In this document: piece after piece, positions 9,172 through 17,630 of the stretch
How positions within the stretch are numbered: position 1 is the first letter of the stretch
How the letters are laid out: each line of letters starts with the position of its first letter
Virus record (IMG/VR): IMGVR_UViG_3300027659_000029
Source of the DNA: an uncultured virus (IMG/VR IMGVR_UViG_3300027659_000029)
Lineage: Duplodnaviria > Heunggongvirae > Uroviricota > Caudoviricetes
Direction: 5' to 3' (one strand)
Length of the DNA stretch: 64,000 nt
Notes under the pieces: model-generated
Databases searched by the model: none
What the model saw: only the letters and a program-made list of their open reading frames with translations
Told to the model about the DNA's origin: nothing
Program-made: the position numbers and the translations under genes

Positions 9172-9501
9172 ATGTCAAAAAATTATAATTCATTCGATAG
9201 GATACAAATGTTTATTCAAATGCAACTTCCACAGCAGATAATAAAAAATAGGTATACACTACTTGGGGTTCATTACAATGGAGACGCTGATTTTTTAGAT
9301 GCTAACATAGGTAATTGCACCATACAACTTAAAGCTCTTAAAAATGATACGCATATTGAATTGATTAAATTTAATGAACGAAATGATTATATGTTGAATA
9401 CAAACTATAAAGATTATAAAAGGTTGTTGATACGTCAATGTAATGAACGTATTAGAATGCTGTTTGTAAACCAGATCAATCTTTCATTTAGCGAAAATTA
9501 A
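9172..9501 (+). CDS. Hypothetical protein
   Basis: 109-aa ORF, last of the + strand block. Confidence 0.7.
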   Translation: MSKNYNSFDRIQMFIQMQLPQQIIKNRYTLLGVHYNGDADFLDANIGNCTIQLKALKNDTHIELIKFNERNDYMLNTNYKDYKRLLIRQCNERIRMLFVNQINLSFSEN

Positions 9502-9517
9502 TTATAATTTACTATAC

Positions 9518-9554
9518 AAAAGCCCCACTATCACGATTGATGTGGGGCTTTTTT
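9518..9554. terminator. Bidirectional intrinsic terminator
   Basis: aaaagccccac...gtggggctttttt hairpin between convergent gene blocks. Confidence 0.85.
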
Positions 9555-9597
9555 ATAATGAAAACAACAATTAGAAAACAAAAATACATTTTTTTAA

Positions 9598-10143
9598 TTA
9601 TATAAAAAAATCTTCAGGGAGTTTTGAAGCAATTTCGCTGATTAGATGTGAGAATATTCTTGCTCTTTTGACCGCCACCTCCCAAATTGGCATTCCTTTT
9701 GCTTTCCCCCAGTTATTATCGTAATCAGAATGACATTGACTACACATAAGAAGATGGTTATGCTTGTTGGTGGCTACAGACGGGAACTTACTTTTTGGAA
9801 CGATATGGGCATGAGTACTTCTATTTACCCATACCTCTGTGGATTTTAACTGATACAGCACAGAAGTGCCACAATTTTCGCATATTGGTCTTGGGTTAAG
9901 TAATGCCTTTAGTGTTTGGAAATCAAACCATTTTTCAAGCAATTCACGTTTTTCTGTTTCTATTGCTTTATCCTCATCACTTTTTTTGGGGGATACTCTT
10001 GGTATTTGAATAGGTTTCATTTCTTCTACAACTTCTTCAATTGTATTCCATTTTTTACAAGCTCTGCATTGACCGCCCCATTGAACTGTGTGATTCTTAC
10101 AACTACTGCACTCAAAATACTTTTTTGCTTTTTTTTGAATCAT
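9598..10143 (-). CDS. RadA/Sms-type Zn ribbon fused to an HNH-like Zn-finger nuclease domain
   Basis: FECSSCKNHTVQWGGQCRACKKWNT (RadA-like) plus CENCG...HAHIVPKS...NHLLMCSQCH (HNH-like). Confidence 0.7.
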   Translation of the reverse strand: MIQKKAKKYFECSSCKNHTVQWGGQCRACKKWNTIEEVVEEMKPIQIPRVSPKKSDEDKAIETEKRELLEKWFDFQTLKALLNPRPICENCGTSVLYQLKSTEVWVNRSTHAHIVPKSKFPSVATNKHNHLLMCSQCHSDYDNNWGKAKGMPIWEVAVKRARIFSHLISEIASKLPEDFFI

Positions 10144-10330
10144 TGTTTTTAGATTTATAAACAACATAAATCAATACATTGTTTGGGTTAATTATTCCAC
10201 GTTCACCAACTTCTTGTAAATACAAATCTATTTTTGATTGTACATACTGATTTGCTTCTCTGCCTATTGGGATGTGGTGAAGTACCTTATTATTGATGGT
10301 AAATATTAATGTTGTTTTGGGTGGATACAT
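10112..10330 (-). CDS. Small hypothetical protein
   Basis: 72-aa ORF abutting neighbours. Confidence 0.55.
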   Translation of the reverse strand: MYPPKTTLIFTINNKVLHHIPIGREANQYVQSKIDLYLQEVGERGIINPNNVLIYVVYKSKNNDSKKSKKVF

Positions 10331-10555
10331 TTAAAATGGTATTTTTTCTTTTTTTATTAATTCTACGTTTTCATTTATTTTTTTCTGTGGGATAAATTCA
10401 GATGAGATCCACCATCCAATAACCCCATTTTTAATTGTTTTTTTTATAACTACTCCTCTTTTAATATTTATTACTTTTTTACATTTAGTCATTATATATT
10501 TTGGATGTTTTTTAAATACCCATTTATCTTCATAACTTATTGATATTATTATCAT
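10331..10555 (-). CDS. Small basic hypothetical protein
   Basis: Likely start MIIISISYEDKWVFK; ORF track start at 10597 overlaps the cassette end. Confidence 0.65.
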   Translation of the reverse strand: MIIISISYEDKWVFKKHPKYIMTKCKKVINIKRGVVIKKTIKNGVIGWWISSEFIPQKKINENVELIKKEKIPF

Positions 10556-10587
10556 TACCGAGATGTGTTTATAGATGTAGCCAATAG

Positions 10588-10812
10588 TTAGGCACAATTA
10601 AGAAGTTTACCTTCCAATCTACCTATAACTTCAACCCATTGGCTGCTTTCAATATTCATCGCTTCGTCAGTTTGTCCTATGTCTGCAAAGTTTTTACATA
10701 GTTTGGCTAATTCTATTGCAGCCAATGTGTTTTCCCTCTTGGATAGTTTTCCAGTATAAGGGTTGTTGTCAGATGAACGCATCATCAAGTTTACTAATTT
10801 TAGTGTTGTCAT
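10588..10812 (-). CDS. Hypothetical protein in cassette A
   Basis: 74-aa ORF bounded by inverted ends gttaggcacaattaa / ttaactgtgcctaac; its stop codon lies in the core site. Confidence 0.75.
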   Translation of the reverse strand: MTTLKLVNLMMRSSDNNPYTGKLSKRENTLAAIELAKLCKNFADIGQTDEAMNIESSQWVEVIGRLEGKLLNCA

Positions 10813-10829
10813 AATTTATAATTAACTGT

Positions 10830-10925
10830 GCCTAACAACGTATATAAGAGATACGCCAATAAGCGGTTTTACATTTATTTAAGTTTGTCGGTGGCGTACC
10901 TCTCATATACGCAGCCGTTATAGGC
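10830..10925 (+). mobile_element. attC-like recombination site 1
   Basis: GCCTAAC-aa-[cgtatataagagatacgcca]...[tggcgtacctctcatatacg]-cagcc-GTTATAGGC; 20-bp arms with 2 mismatches. Confidence 0.75.
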
Positions 10926-10937
10926 AAATAAATTTTA

Positions 10938-11141
10938 CTACCTTTTGAAGTAACTCTTATTATCCCCTTCGTAATTGTCATATCCCATTGCCATTGCTAT
11001 GCACAAAAATCTGCTTCTGCCATTGTAGCTTTGCATATAATCTATTGCTTCATACAATACCTCGTTCTTTTCTTTTAAGCTAAGTGCAGCATATTTTTTG
11101 TTTATTTCCTCGCTTGTGTAATATTTTGTTTTCGTTTCCAT
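10938..11141 (-). CDS. Hypothetical protein in cassette B
   Basis: 67-aa ORF bounded by 22-bp inverted ends (20/22 match). Confidence 0.75.
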   Translation of the reverse strand: METKTKYYTSEEINKKYAALSLKEKNEVLYEAIDYMQSYNGRSRFLCIAMAMGYDNYEGDNKSYFKR

Positions 11142-11159
11142 AATCCGTAAAATTTATCA

Positions 11160-11293
11160 GCCTATAACATACGCTATACAAAAGTGGGGCTGTGTGCCAA
11201 ATCTGTACAGTTGTGCATCTAATTTGCTTTTGTGCGGTAAGCAAGGGTTGTGCATCTTAATCCCCACCTTCGTATAGCGTCAGCCGTTAGCAG
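11160..11293 (+). mobile_element. attC-like recombination site 2
   Basis: GCCTATAAC-at-[acgctatacaaaagtgggg]...[ccccaccttcgtatagcgt]-cagcc-GTTAGCAG; 19-bp arms with 2 mismatches. Confidence 0.75.
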
Positions 11294-11299
11294 AAAGCA

Positions 11300-11863
11300 C
11301 TACCTGCGTATTCCAAAATCAGATTTTCGTAATTTACACATACGACCATCTGTCTTATGATGAAATACAATACCCTCAATGTCTACTTTCTCTAAGTAAT
11401 CTTTTAGGTTTTCAAATGTCATTGGGTTAATCAATCCTTGCAAAACTTTTGCTCCGTGCCTTACCAAATGATGTCCTTCTATTTTTTCGGGATTGCCTTG
11501 TACTTTTTCGCCTATTAATTCATAAGTGCCATCTTCAACTTTGCCAAGTTTAGCAAGTGAATTGAAGCCTTCAAAAAAGTATTTATCCTCGTTTTTATCG
11601 TGGCTACATTTTAACCAATGTGGATGATGTCCTGTTATTAAATCTGCTTCTTGACAAGGTATTGCACCATCAGGAACTTGTCTGCCTTTCTTCACATCGT
11701 ATCTTTTGTAAAGTTCGCCATTAATAATAGCGGTTGATGTACCATCATATTTTCTTGTTGGTATTCCATCTGTAAAAACCCATTTATTTTCAGGGTTTAC
11801 TTCATTGATTACCCTGCCCAAATCTTGCGAGTCTTTCTTAAATAATGTGCTGATTTTTTTCAT
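11300..11863 (-). CDS. RNA-ligase-like nucleotidyltransferase (DUF5565-like)
   Basis: TRKYDGTS (KxDG motif I), GTYELIGEKVQGNPE, EGIVF (motif IV), terminal K(L)R. Confidence 0.7.
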   Translation of the reverse strand: MKKISTLFKKDSQDLGRVINEVNPENKWVFTDGIPTRKYDGTSTAIINGELYKRYDVKKGRQVPDGAIPCQEADLITGHHPHWLKCSHDKNEDKYFFEGFNSLAKLGKVEDGTYELIGEKVQGNPEKIEGHHLVRHGAKVLQGLINPMTFENLKDYLEKVDIEGIVFHHKTDGRMCKLRKSDFGIRR

Positions 11864-11911
11864 TTGTATTTAATTTATCATTTATATTCATATCAATATT
11901 TTAATGAGATT

Positions 11912-12730
11912 TTAACAATAAGGGCTGATAATACCTATAAGTTCTTTTATTGATATTGGGCATGAGCTATTGACAATTACAAATTGGTCAAAAACTGCAT
12001 TTGCAATTTTAGTAGCCATCATTTCTTTTGGATCACGCCCTGACATCTTTTCTACTTTTTCTGCGGTAACCTTTCCTACTTTATTTTCAGATATTGTTTT
12101 TTTGATAGCTTCTTTTCGTTCCGTTGGAGAGGTGATTGTTTTTTGCAATTTCACCACCGTTGAGACTGCAATATTCCCTTTTTCAACTTCGTCTTTCACC
12201 TCTTTGGATTCATTGGCATATGATAGCATTTGTGACACATACGAATACGTTTTACCTACTTTACTTGCTACTTCTGTTGGGGTGTATCCCAAGTTTACTA
12301 ATCGTCTGAAAAGTTCAGCCATTTCGTGTGGAAGAAGTGGTTTTGAATCTTGGGTGGTGAACATCTGAATTATCCTTTGTTCTTCACTTGTTTTCTTACC
12401 ATTCACAATAGCTTTGAATACAACATCATTTCCTTGCTCTTTAAGTAGAAATAATGCTTGTACTCTACGATGACCTTCAACGAGTAAGAAACGCCCATCT
12501 TCAAGCACGTCTACTCTACCTGCTACCGTTTGACCATTTTCAATAATTGATTGCGCTAATCCCTCAATATCACCGTAATCTGTTCGGACGTTAAACCCTT
12601 CACGAATTACAAGTTTATTGAGTTGAATTTTTACAATTTCTTCACCTCTTTGTGAATTTTTACGGATCGTTTCGACATTACCTAACATGTCTTGATTTAA
12701 TTCTTTGATGTCTAGTGTTAATTGACTCAT
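11912..12730 (-). CDS. ParB/Spo0J-family protein with HTH
   Basis: FNVR.DYGDIEGLAQSIIENG, LVEGHRR arginine patch, HTH GYTPTEVASKVGKTYSYVSQML. Confidence 0.85.
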   Translation of the reverse strand: MSQLTLDIKELNQDMLGNVETIRKNSQRGEEIVKIQLNKLVIREGFNVRTDYGDIEGLAQSIIENGQTVAGRVDVLEDGRFLLVEGHRRVQALFLLKEQGNDVVFKAIVNGKKTSEEQRIIQMFTTQDSKPLLPHEMAELFRRLVNLGYTPTEVASKVGKTYSYVSQMLSYANESKEVKDEVEKGNIAVSTVVKLQKTITSPTERKEAIKKTISENKVGKVTAEKVEKMSGRDPKEMMATKIANAVFDQFVIVNSSCPISIKELIGIISPYC

Positions 12731-12885
12731 GGTTTCTTTTTTTTATTGGTGATTGCTTTTTTTATTTTCGATTGTTTTACAATTGGAATATTTTTCTTGT
12801 AGTCCCATTCATACTCCACCTTGCTATCTTTTGTCTTAATGATGATGCCACCAAATAACTTCGCTATATTTTTTAATCCTGCCAT
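12727..12885 (-). CDS. Small basic hypothetical protein, 52 aa, not in ORF track
   Basis: MAGLKNIAKLFGGIIIKTKDSKVEYEWDY...; ATGA overlap with the ParB gene. Confidence 0.6.
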   Translation of the reverse strand: MAGLKNIAKLFGGIIIKTKDSKVEYEWDYKKNIPIVKQSKIKKAITNKKKKP

Positions 12886-12889
12886 TGTT

Positions 12890-13891
12890 CTATTTTACCT
12901 TGTTTGAAAATCTGCCGTTATAAAAACTAACTTTACCATTTTTCCCAAACTCAATTTCATACTTCCCTGTTTGGTGCATTGATGTGGCTAATTGTGATTT
13001 AAGTTCAATTTCTTCTTCCTCAATTTTCTTCTTTTTATCTCTCAGTTTCAAAAGTTTTTTTGCTTTTTCAAGCATTAATTCATCACCTTTTATTGAGATT
13101 GTTTGTTGTTTTGTCTTGGCAATATCTGTTAGGTAATCAAAATATGCTTCTGTATTGTCTGGAGGTGGTTCAAGTTGAAGAATTTCGTATTCTAATTCTG
13201 ATACTAATTTATTGTTATAATTATTTTTTGCGTTTTCAATTTGGTTAATATATACCCTTGCTTGTTCTACGTTATTCCAAAATTTATTTGCTGACTTTAC
13301 AATAACTGATTCCATTGAAAGTGAATCCTTATATGACATTGGCAATACCTCCATTTCTACATTATCAATAAAATATGCGATTTCAGAATATTGGTATTCG
13401 CTTATTAAATTTTGTTGAGCAAGTTGACAAACTTCTACTGGATTCATTTTGTCTGTAAACTGCTTATAGCTTAAAGATGTTTTGTTTTTTAATTCAAGAT
13501 TACACCACCCTTCATACCTATCGTCTTTGAATCTTCTATCAAGTGATACAAATAGATTTGGATACTTGTCATTGTACATATATCCTTTTACATCTTCGCA
13601 TCTTCTTACTTTTATTCTGTTGGTGACATTGTTATTGAATTTTATCTTATCTCTATCCCAATACTCCCACAATTCCGCTATTAATGGTTCACTCATATGA
13701 CCCAAATTCATTCTTAAACTCATTGGCCTTTGCTTCAACCTTCCAATTTTAAGATGGAATAACTCAAGGCTTGATTGATATTTGTTCACCCCTAATATAG
13801 TGCCGATTTCAGAAGCTCCTATACCTCTATGCCTGTATGATAACCATTCTTCTCTTGACCACCCTTCTGTACTCACAAAATTAACTGCCAT
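12890..13891 (-). CDS. YqaJ-like viral recombinase exonuclease (lambda-exonuclease fold)
   Basis: EEWLSYRHRGIGASEIGTILGVNKYQS, GHMSE, SLDR, LELK; likely start MAVNF. Confidence 0.9.
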   Translation of the reverse strand: MAVNFVSTEGWSREEWLSYRHRGIGASEIGTILGVNKYQSSLELFHLKIGRLKQRPMSLRMNLGHMSEPLIAELWEYWDRDKIKFNNNVTNRIKVRRCEDVKGYMYNDKYPNLFVSLDRRFKDDRYEGWCNLELKNKTSLSYKQFTDKMNPVEVCQLAQQNLISEYQYSEIAYFIDNVEMEVLPMSYKDSLSMESVIVKSANKFWNNVEQARVYINQIENAKNNYNNKLVSELEYEILQLEPPPDNTEAYFDYLTDIAKTKQQTISIKGDELMLEKAKKLLKLRDKKKKIEEEEIELKSQLATSMHQTGKYEIEFGKNGKVSFYNGRFSNKVK

Positions 13892-13893
13892 AT

Positions 13894-14008
13894 TTAAAAA
13901 AGCCCCCAAATAACAAAGGCTATCCGACGGTAAGATAAACTCACGGTGGCAATGTTAAATGGGGGAATGTTTTTGGGTGTTTTCATATCGGATAGCATGG
14001 CAAAAGTA
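13894..14008 (-). promoter_or_regulatory. Promoter plus structured leader (attenuator-like) upstream of the YqaJ gene
   Basis: TACTTTTG box (14008-14001); GCTATCCGA/TCGGATAGC pair overlapping a CCCCCA..TAACA/TGTTA..TGGGGG-polyT stem; 30-codon leader ORF 13986-13894. Confidence 0.55.
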
Positions 14009-14019
14009 ATACAATTTAC

Positions 14020-15420
14020 TTAAACTCCTAATTCTTTGACAATAAATTTTGAAACAATTTCATTAACCTCTTTAATTAAGTCTATGTTTTGAAAATTTGG
14101 GACAGGTACACTTTTTAATAAAAATATGTAGTTGTTGAATTTTTCAGTATCGTTTAATTTAGATACTCTCATTTCTTCCATTTTTGCATCCCAAAAGCCA
14201 TTTATATCATTGATGTGTGCCTGCCATTCAACAATAGTTAATTGATCCAACCGACAAGCAAATTTATAATCAATATGAGGACATACCCACAATCCATTTT
14301 CGCTCTTATGGAATTGTAATTCGATAAGTTCAAGTTCTCTGTTTTTAAGCAGTTCCTCAAGTCTTATTTTTTCATCTTCATTTTCTTTCAATTGGGTGAA
14401 TTCGGAAACTATTTTTTGTGAATCGGCAAGTAATTCATCACCACCTTTAATCATTGAAGACTTATGTATTTTATGGGTGTTACTTCCTATGGTAAGCACC
14501 CAAACCTCTTGACCAAAATCATATTTATACCCAATGGCTTCAAACGATTTTGCGTTGACAGATAATTGCTGATGTTCTTCCGCCATTTTTTGCTCTCTTT
14601 CTTGCTTCTCCTTAGCTTCATATGCTTCTCTTTGTTTTTGGGCAAATTCGTCTTGTTGTTGCTTGAATTGACGCTGTTGTTCAGCAAATTCGTCTTGTTG
14701 TTTTTTCAGTTCTAATTCCTTGCGTTCATTTTCTTTTCGTATGTCCTCTTGACGTTGACGCTCTATTTCATTTTCTTCATCTTGTTTACGCTTGGCTTCA
14801 ATATTTTTTTCGTTTTCTAACTTTACTTTTGTAATCATTAACTCCCATTGTTCTTGAGTGGATTCTTCAATTTGTTGAACACCCAATGAGATGTCATTTA
14901 TTTGCCACCAATTCCCTTTAAATGGACACCCATTACTCTCCAATTCAGAAATTCGATATTGCTTTAATTGTTCCTTTTCCGCAAGTATTTTCTCTTCCGC
15001 TTCTTTTTTTAAATTATCAATCTCTTCAAGTTTTTTATCAGCATCATCTTCAATTGGATTTATAAGAAGCTGGAATGTGTTGGCTAATTCATCGATTTTT
15101 TTACCAACTATTATATAATCAGCCTTTTGCTCTTTTCTTCTAGCTTCAATTGCAATTCTCAATTTTGAAGATTCTTTTGAAATCTCCTTTACTTTCTTGT
15201 AGTTATCCTTATCTTCAATCCCATTAATTGTGATTTTTTTAAGTTGAACTTTTAACTCTTTAGCCCTTTTGTCTATATTGCTGTCTTTTACTAATTCAGC
15301 AAATGATCTTTCGGCATTTTGTATAGCCGCTTGTACTCTGTCAATTACTATTACCTCCGCTTTAGTATCAACAGTATTATTTTCTTGTTGCGTTGATGGT
15401 GTCTGATTCAATTCATTCAT
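14020..15420 (-). CDS. Long coiled-coil protein (DUF1351-like) of the recombination module
   Basis: KLRIAIEARRKEQKADY...GKKID...PIE; E/K/Q-rich coiled coil; lies between SSAP and exonuclease. Confidence 0.6.
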   Translation of the reverse strand: MNELNQTPSTQQENNTVDTKAEVIVIDRVQAAIQNAERSFAELVKDSNIDKRAKELKVQLKKITINGIEDKDNYKKVKEISKESSKLRIAIEARRKEQKADYIIVGKKIDELANTFQLLINPIEDDADKKLEEIDNLKKEAEEKILAEKEQLKQYRISELESNGCPFKGNWWQINDISLGVQQIEESTQEQWELMITKVKLENEKNIEAKRKQDEENEIERQRQEDIRKENERKELELKKQQDEFAEQQRQFKQQQDEFAQKQREAYEAKEKQEREQKMAEEHQQLSVNAKSFEAIGYKYDFGQEVWVLTIGSNTHKIHKSSMIKGGDELLADSQKIVSEFTQLKENEDEKIRLEELLKNRELELIELQFHKSENGLWVCPHIDYKFACRLDQLTIVEWQAHINDINGFWDAKMEEMRVSKLNDTEKFNNYIFLLKSVPVPNFQNIDLIKEVNEIVSKFIVKELGV

Positions 15421-15445
15421 AATGTTTTATTTTTTTTAATTGTTA

Positions 15446-15943
15446 TTAATTGCGTTCTTCTTGTTTTCTAAGTATATCACCAATCCCTTTTTTTATTGGT
15501 GATTTTTTTGGTGATTTTTGTGGCGTAAAATCCCCATTTTCAATTTGTTTTAATGTTTGAATATCCAACATCCCTTGATTAAGTGACATTCCATATTTAT
15601 CCCCAATATGCTTTACTGCATTTTTGATGCATTCTGATTTTAGTGTAGCAATAAAATGTTCGTTTTCCGCATACCTTTTAAGATTAAAATTTGCACCGCC
15701 AATAAACGTATGTTCACCGCAGTCGGAATCTATGATTGTAAGTGATAGGCTACCCGACAATATGCAATCTTGACCACGTTGAAGGTATTCAAAATGGAAA
15801 TTAGTTGTGGAATATTTTTCAAAGTCTTCTCCCATCATTTCAATTATTCGGTAGATGGGTATATGAAACACCCCACTTTCTTTTGGGAATTCAATTGCAT
15901 AGCTTTCTGGAATTCCTTGTTTGTATTTTTCTTGTAGTTTCAT
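15446..15943 (-). CDS. Sak/Rad52-like single-strand annealing protein
   Basis: HIPIYRIIEMM and LKSECIKNAVKHIGDKYGMSLN resemble Rad52-fold motifs; clustered with YqaJ. Confidence 0.6.
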   Translation of the reverse strand: MKLQEKYKQGIPESYAIEFPKESGVFHIPIYRIIEMMGEDFEKYSTTNFHFEYLQRGQDCILSGSLSLTIIDSDCGEHTFIGGANFNLKRYAENEHFIATLKSECIKNAVKHIGDKYGMSLNQGMLDIQTLKQIENGDFTPQKSPKKSPIKKGIGDILRKQEERN

Positions 15944-15967
15944 TTTAAATAAAATTTATTTCGATTA

Positions 15968-16168
15968 TTACCTATCAAACATTTCTTTATCCGATAATGA
16001 ATATTCTTTTTGTATTGTTGAATAAACGCCAAACAATGTAACCATTAGGCTATTTTCTTTAAGCCATTTTTTAATTGTTTGCGTTGACTTGTTTACCTCT
16101 TTAGCTATTTTAGCTATAGTTACTTCATCAGACAATGTTCTGTCTATTACTTTTTGTTTTATTTTCAT
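15968..16168 (-). CDS. Small HTH (Cro-like) protein
   Basis: IAKIAKEVNKSTQTIKKWL; first gene after a promoter. Confidence 0.6.
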   Translation of the reverse strand: MKIKQKVIDRTLSDEVTIAKIAKEVNKSTQTIKKWLKENSLMVTLFGVYSTIQKEYSLSDKEMFDR

Positions 16169-16187
16169 TTTAATATTAATTTAAATG

Positions 16188-16217
16188 CAAAGTTAATTCT
16201 TATTTTCATATTTCAAA
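16188..16217 (-). promoter_or_regulatory. Bacteroidota-type promoter
   Basis: TTTG-N18-TAACTTTG, directly after a terminator and before the HTH gene. Confidence 0.7.
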
Positions 16218-16228
16218 ATATATTTTAT

Positions 16229-16260
16229 AAAAAAAGCCTCCCGACCACAGGGAGGCTTTT
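16229..16260 (-). terminator. Intrinsic terminator of the lysis block
   Basis: aaaaaaagcctccc-gaccaca-gggaggctttt hairpin. Confidence 0.85.
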
Positions 16261-16286
16261 ACCTTAAAACTAACACTATGAACGAA

Positions 16287-16556
16287 CTACTTTTTTTTGA
16301 CCTTTATAAACGGCATTATGGCCACAAATACCCTTGATAACCATCTTAATATTTTACCAGTATTTGTTTTTGGAGAGGTACTTGCATATTCTGTAAGTAT
16401 ATTGCTTAACGCATTTCTTACCAAATCCTCCATATTTGGCTTACCTGATGCAACTGAATAAGCTGAATTAAATGTATCATCGTATGATAACCCAATTTTT
16501 TCAAGTTTTGGGGCAAACTCTGGGTAAAGTGCTGTGTATAATTGTTCTTTTTCCAT
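16287..16556 (-). CDS. Hypothetical protein with amphipathic/basic C-terminus (lysis block)
   Basis: 89-aa ORF. Confidence 0.7.
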   Translation of the reverse strand: MEKEQLYTALYPEFAPKLEKIGLSYDDTFNSAYSVASGKPNMEDLVRNALSNILTEYASTSPKTNTGKILRWLSRVFVAIMPFIKVKKK

Positions 16557-16561
16557 TATTT

Positions 16562-16816
16562 TTATTCTGTTAGTGACGAATCTTTTTTACCGCTAAATGT
16601 GGTTGCTCCCACTAATATCACGGTGGACATTTTAAGTATCCATATCACCCAAGCATCTATTTTTGTTGTTACTTCAATTGGGGCTTGGTGGATAATATTA
16701 AGAACTTGAGGGGCAAATATTGTCAAAAAAGTAATTGCACTTGTCAATAGTGACAAAATGCTATTAGGCTCTTTATTCCAATTTTCAAATTTAAAATTTA
16801 TATTTTTCATTTTCAT
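16562..16816 (-). CDS. Putative holin
   Basis: 84 aa, two hydrophobic segments, M-K-M dual start, near lysozyme. Confidence 0.55.
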   Translation of the reverse strand: MKMKNINFKFENWNKEPNSILSLLTSAITFLTIFAPQVLNIIHQAPIEVTTKIDAWVIWILKMSTVILVGATTFSGKKDSSLTE

Positions 16817-17214
16817 TGATTTTTTTTGTTGTTGTAATTTATCACATCATAAGTTGAAGCATCAATGGTATCTTTTCGTATATGCGCTCCTCTTGATGTA
16901 AATATAGTGTAAACTATTTTTTTGTAAACAGTATTGCTAACGAGTATTTTTCTATCTATATAAGTAGGGACATAACGTACCGAAAATTTACAAGGAGTAA
17001 CGCTATTGATATTTCTAAAAGAATGTATAGTATCCAACAAATAATTTTGCGCTTTTTCATATTTATTATTATGTTGATTCAATAAATCTTTTGTATTACT
17101 TACATTGGAATCAAAATATGCAAAATTTGGTTCGTATTTATCTTCATTTTCTGAAGAAGATAAACATAAAAAAGACACTAATCCTATTGCAATAAATGTT
17201 AACGTACTTTTCAT
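16813..17214 (-). CDS. Membrane-anchored or secreted protein (possible spanin component)
   Basis: N-terminal hydrophobic segment; lysis cluster. Confidence 0.45.
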   Translation of the reverse strand: MKSTLTFIAIGLVSFLCLSSSENEDKYEPNFAYFDSNVSNTKDLLNQHNNKYEKAQNYLLDTIHSFRNINSVTPCKFSVRYVPTYIDRKILVSNTVYKKIVYTIFTSRGAHIRKDTIDASTYDVINYNNKKNQ

Positions 17215-17486
17215 TTTTTGATTAATTTTTTATATATTTCATTTTGAGCATCTGATTTTGCTAAAGCCACTTTTAATTCTGTTATTAAAGAATCCGCTGT
17301 TTTGATTCTTGGTTCAAACTCTGTTATATACCTTTCTTTAATCATTTCTATCTTAACTTCTGTTGTTCGATAACTATCCACCCATTTGTATGTTGAGTAT
17401 AATGTTGATACCAAGAATAAAAACGCCAATAACGTAATGTGGTCTTTTTTGAATTCTATATAAGCGTACATCAAATATTGTATCAT
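17211..17486 (-). CDS. Single-TM coiled-coil protein (lysis block)
   Basis: ITLLAFLFLVSTLYSTY followed by coiled coil. Confidence 0.55.
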   Translation of the reverse strand: MIQYLMYAYIEFKKDHITLLAFLFLVSTLYSTYKWVDSYRTTEVKIEMIKERYITEFEPRIKTADSLITELKVALAKSDAQNEIYKKLIKK

Positions 17487-17630
17487 TTACAATTTTTATT
17501 TTTACTTGAGTTTTTAAATCTTATTACAAATATAGTTATATCTATCAATAATATAATCACAATTAATCCCCCAAGCAATATATTATTTACATATAAATAT
17601 TTTATATATTAAAATATTAAATTTATTAAA

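Noticed and set aside
10531..10596. Third complete attC-like site
   Set aside because: Only a short pairing (taacttattg / caatagtta) remains, without long arms or the CAGCC spacer; at most a degenerate remnant overlapping a gene start.
14642..14702. 19-bp direct repeat gcaaattcgtcttgttgtt
   Set aside because: Simple coding duplication (QQDEFA x2) within a coiled coil.
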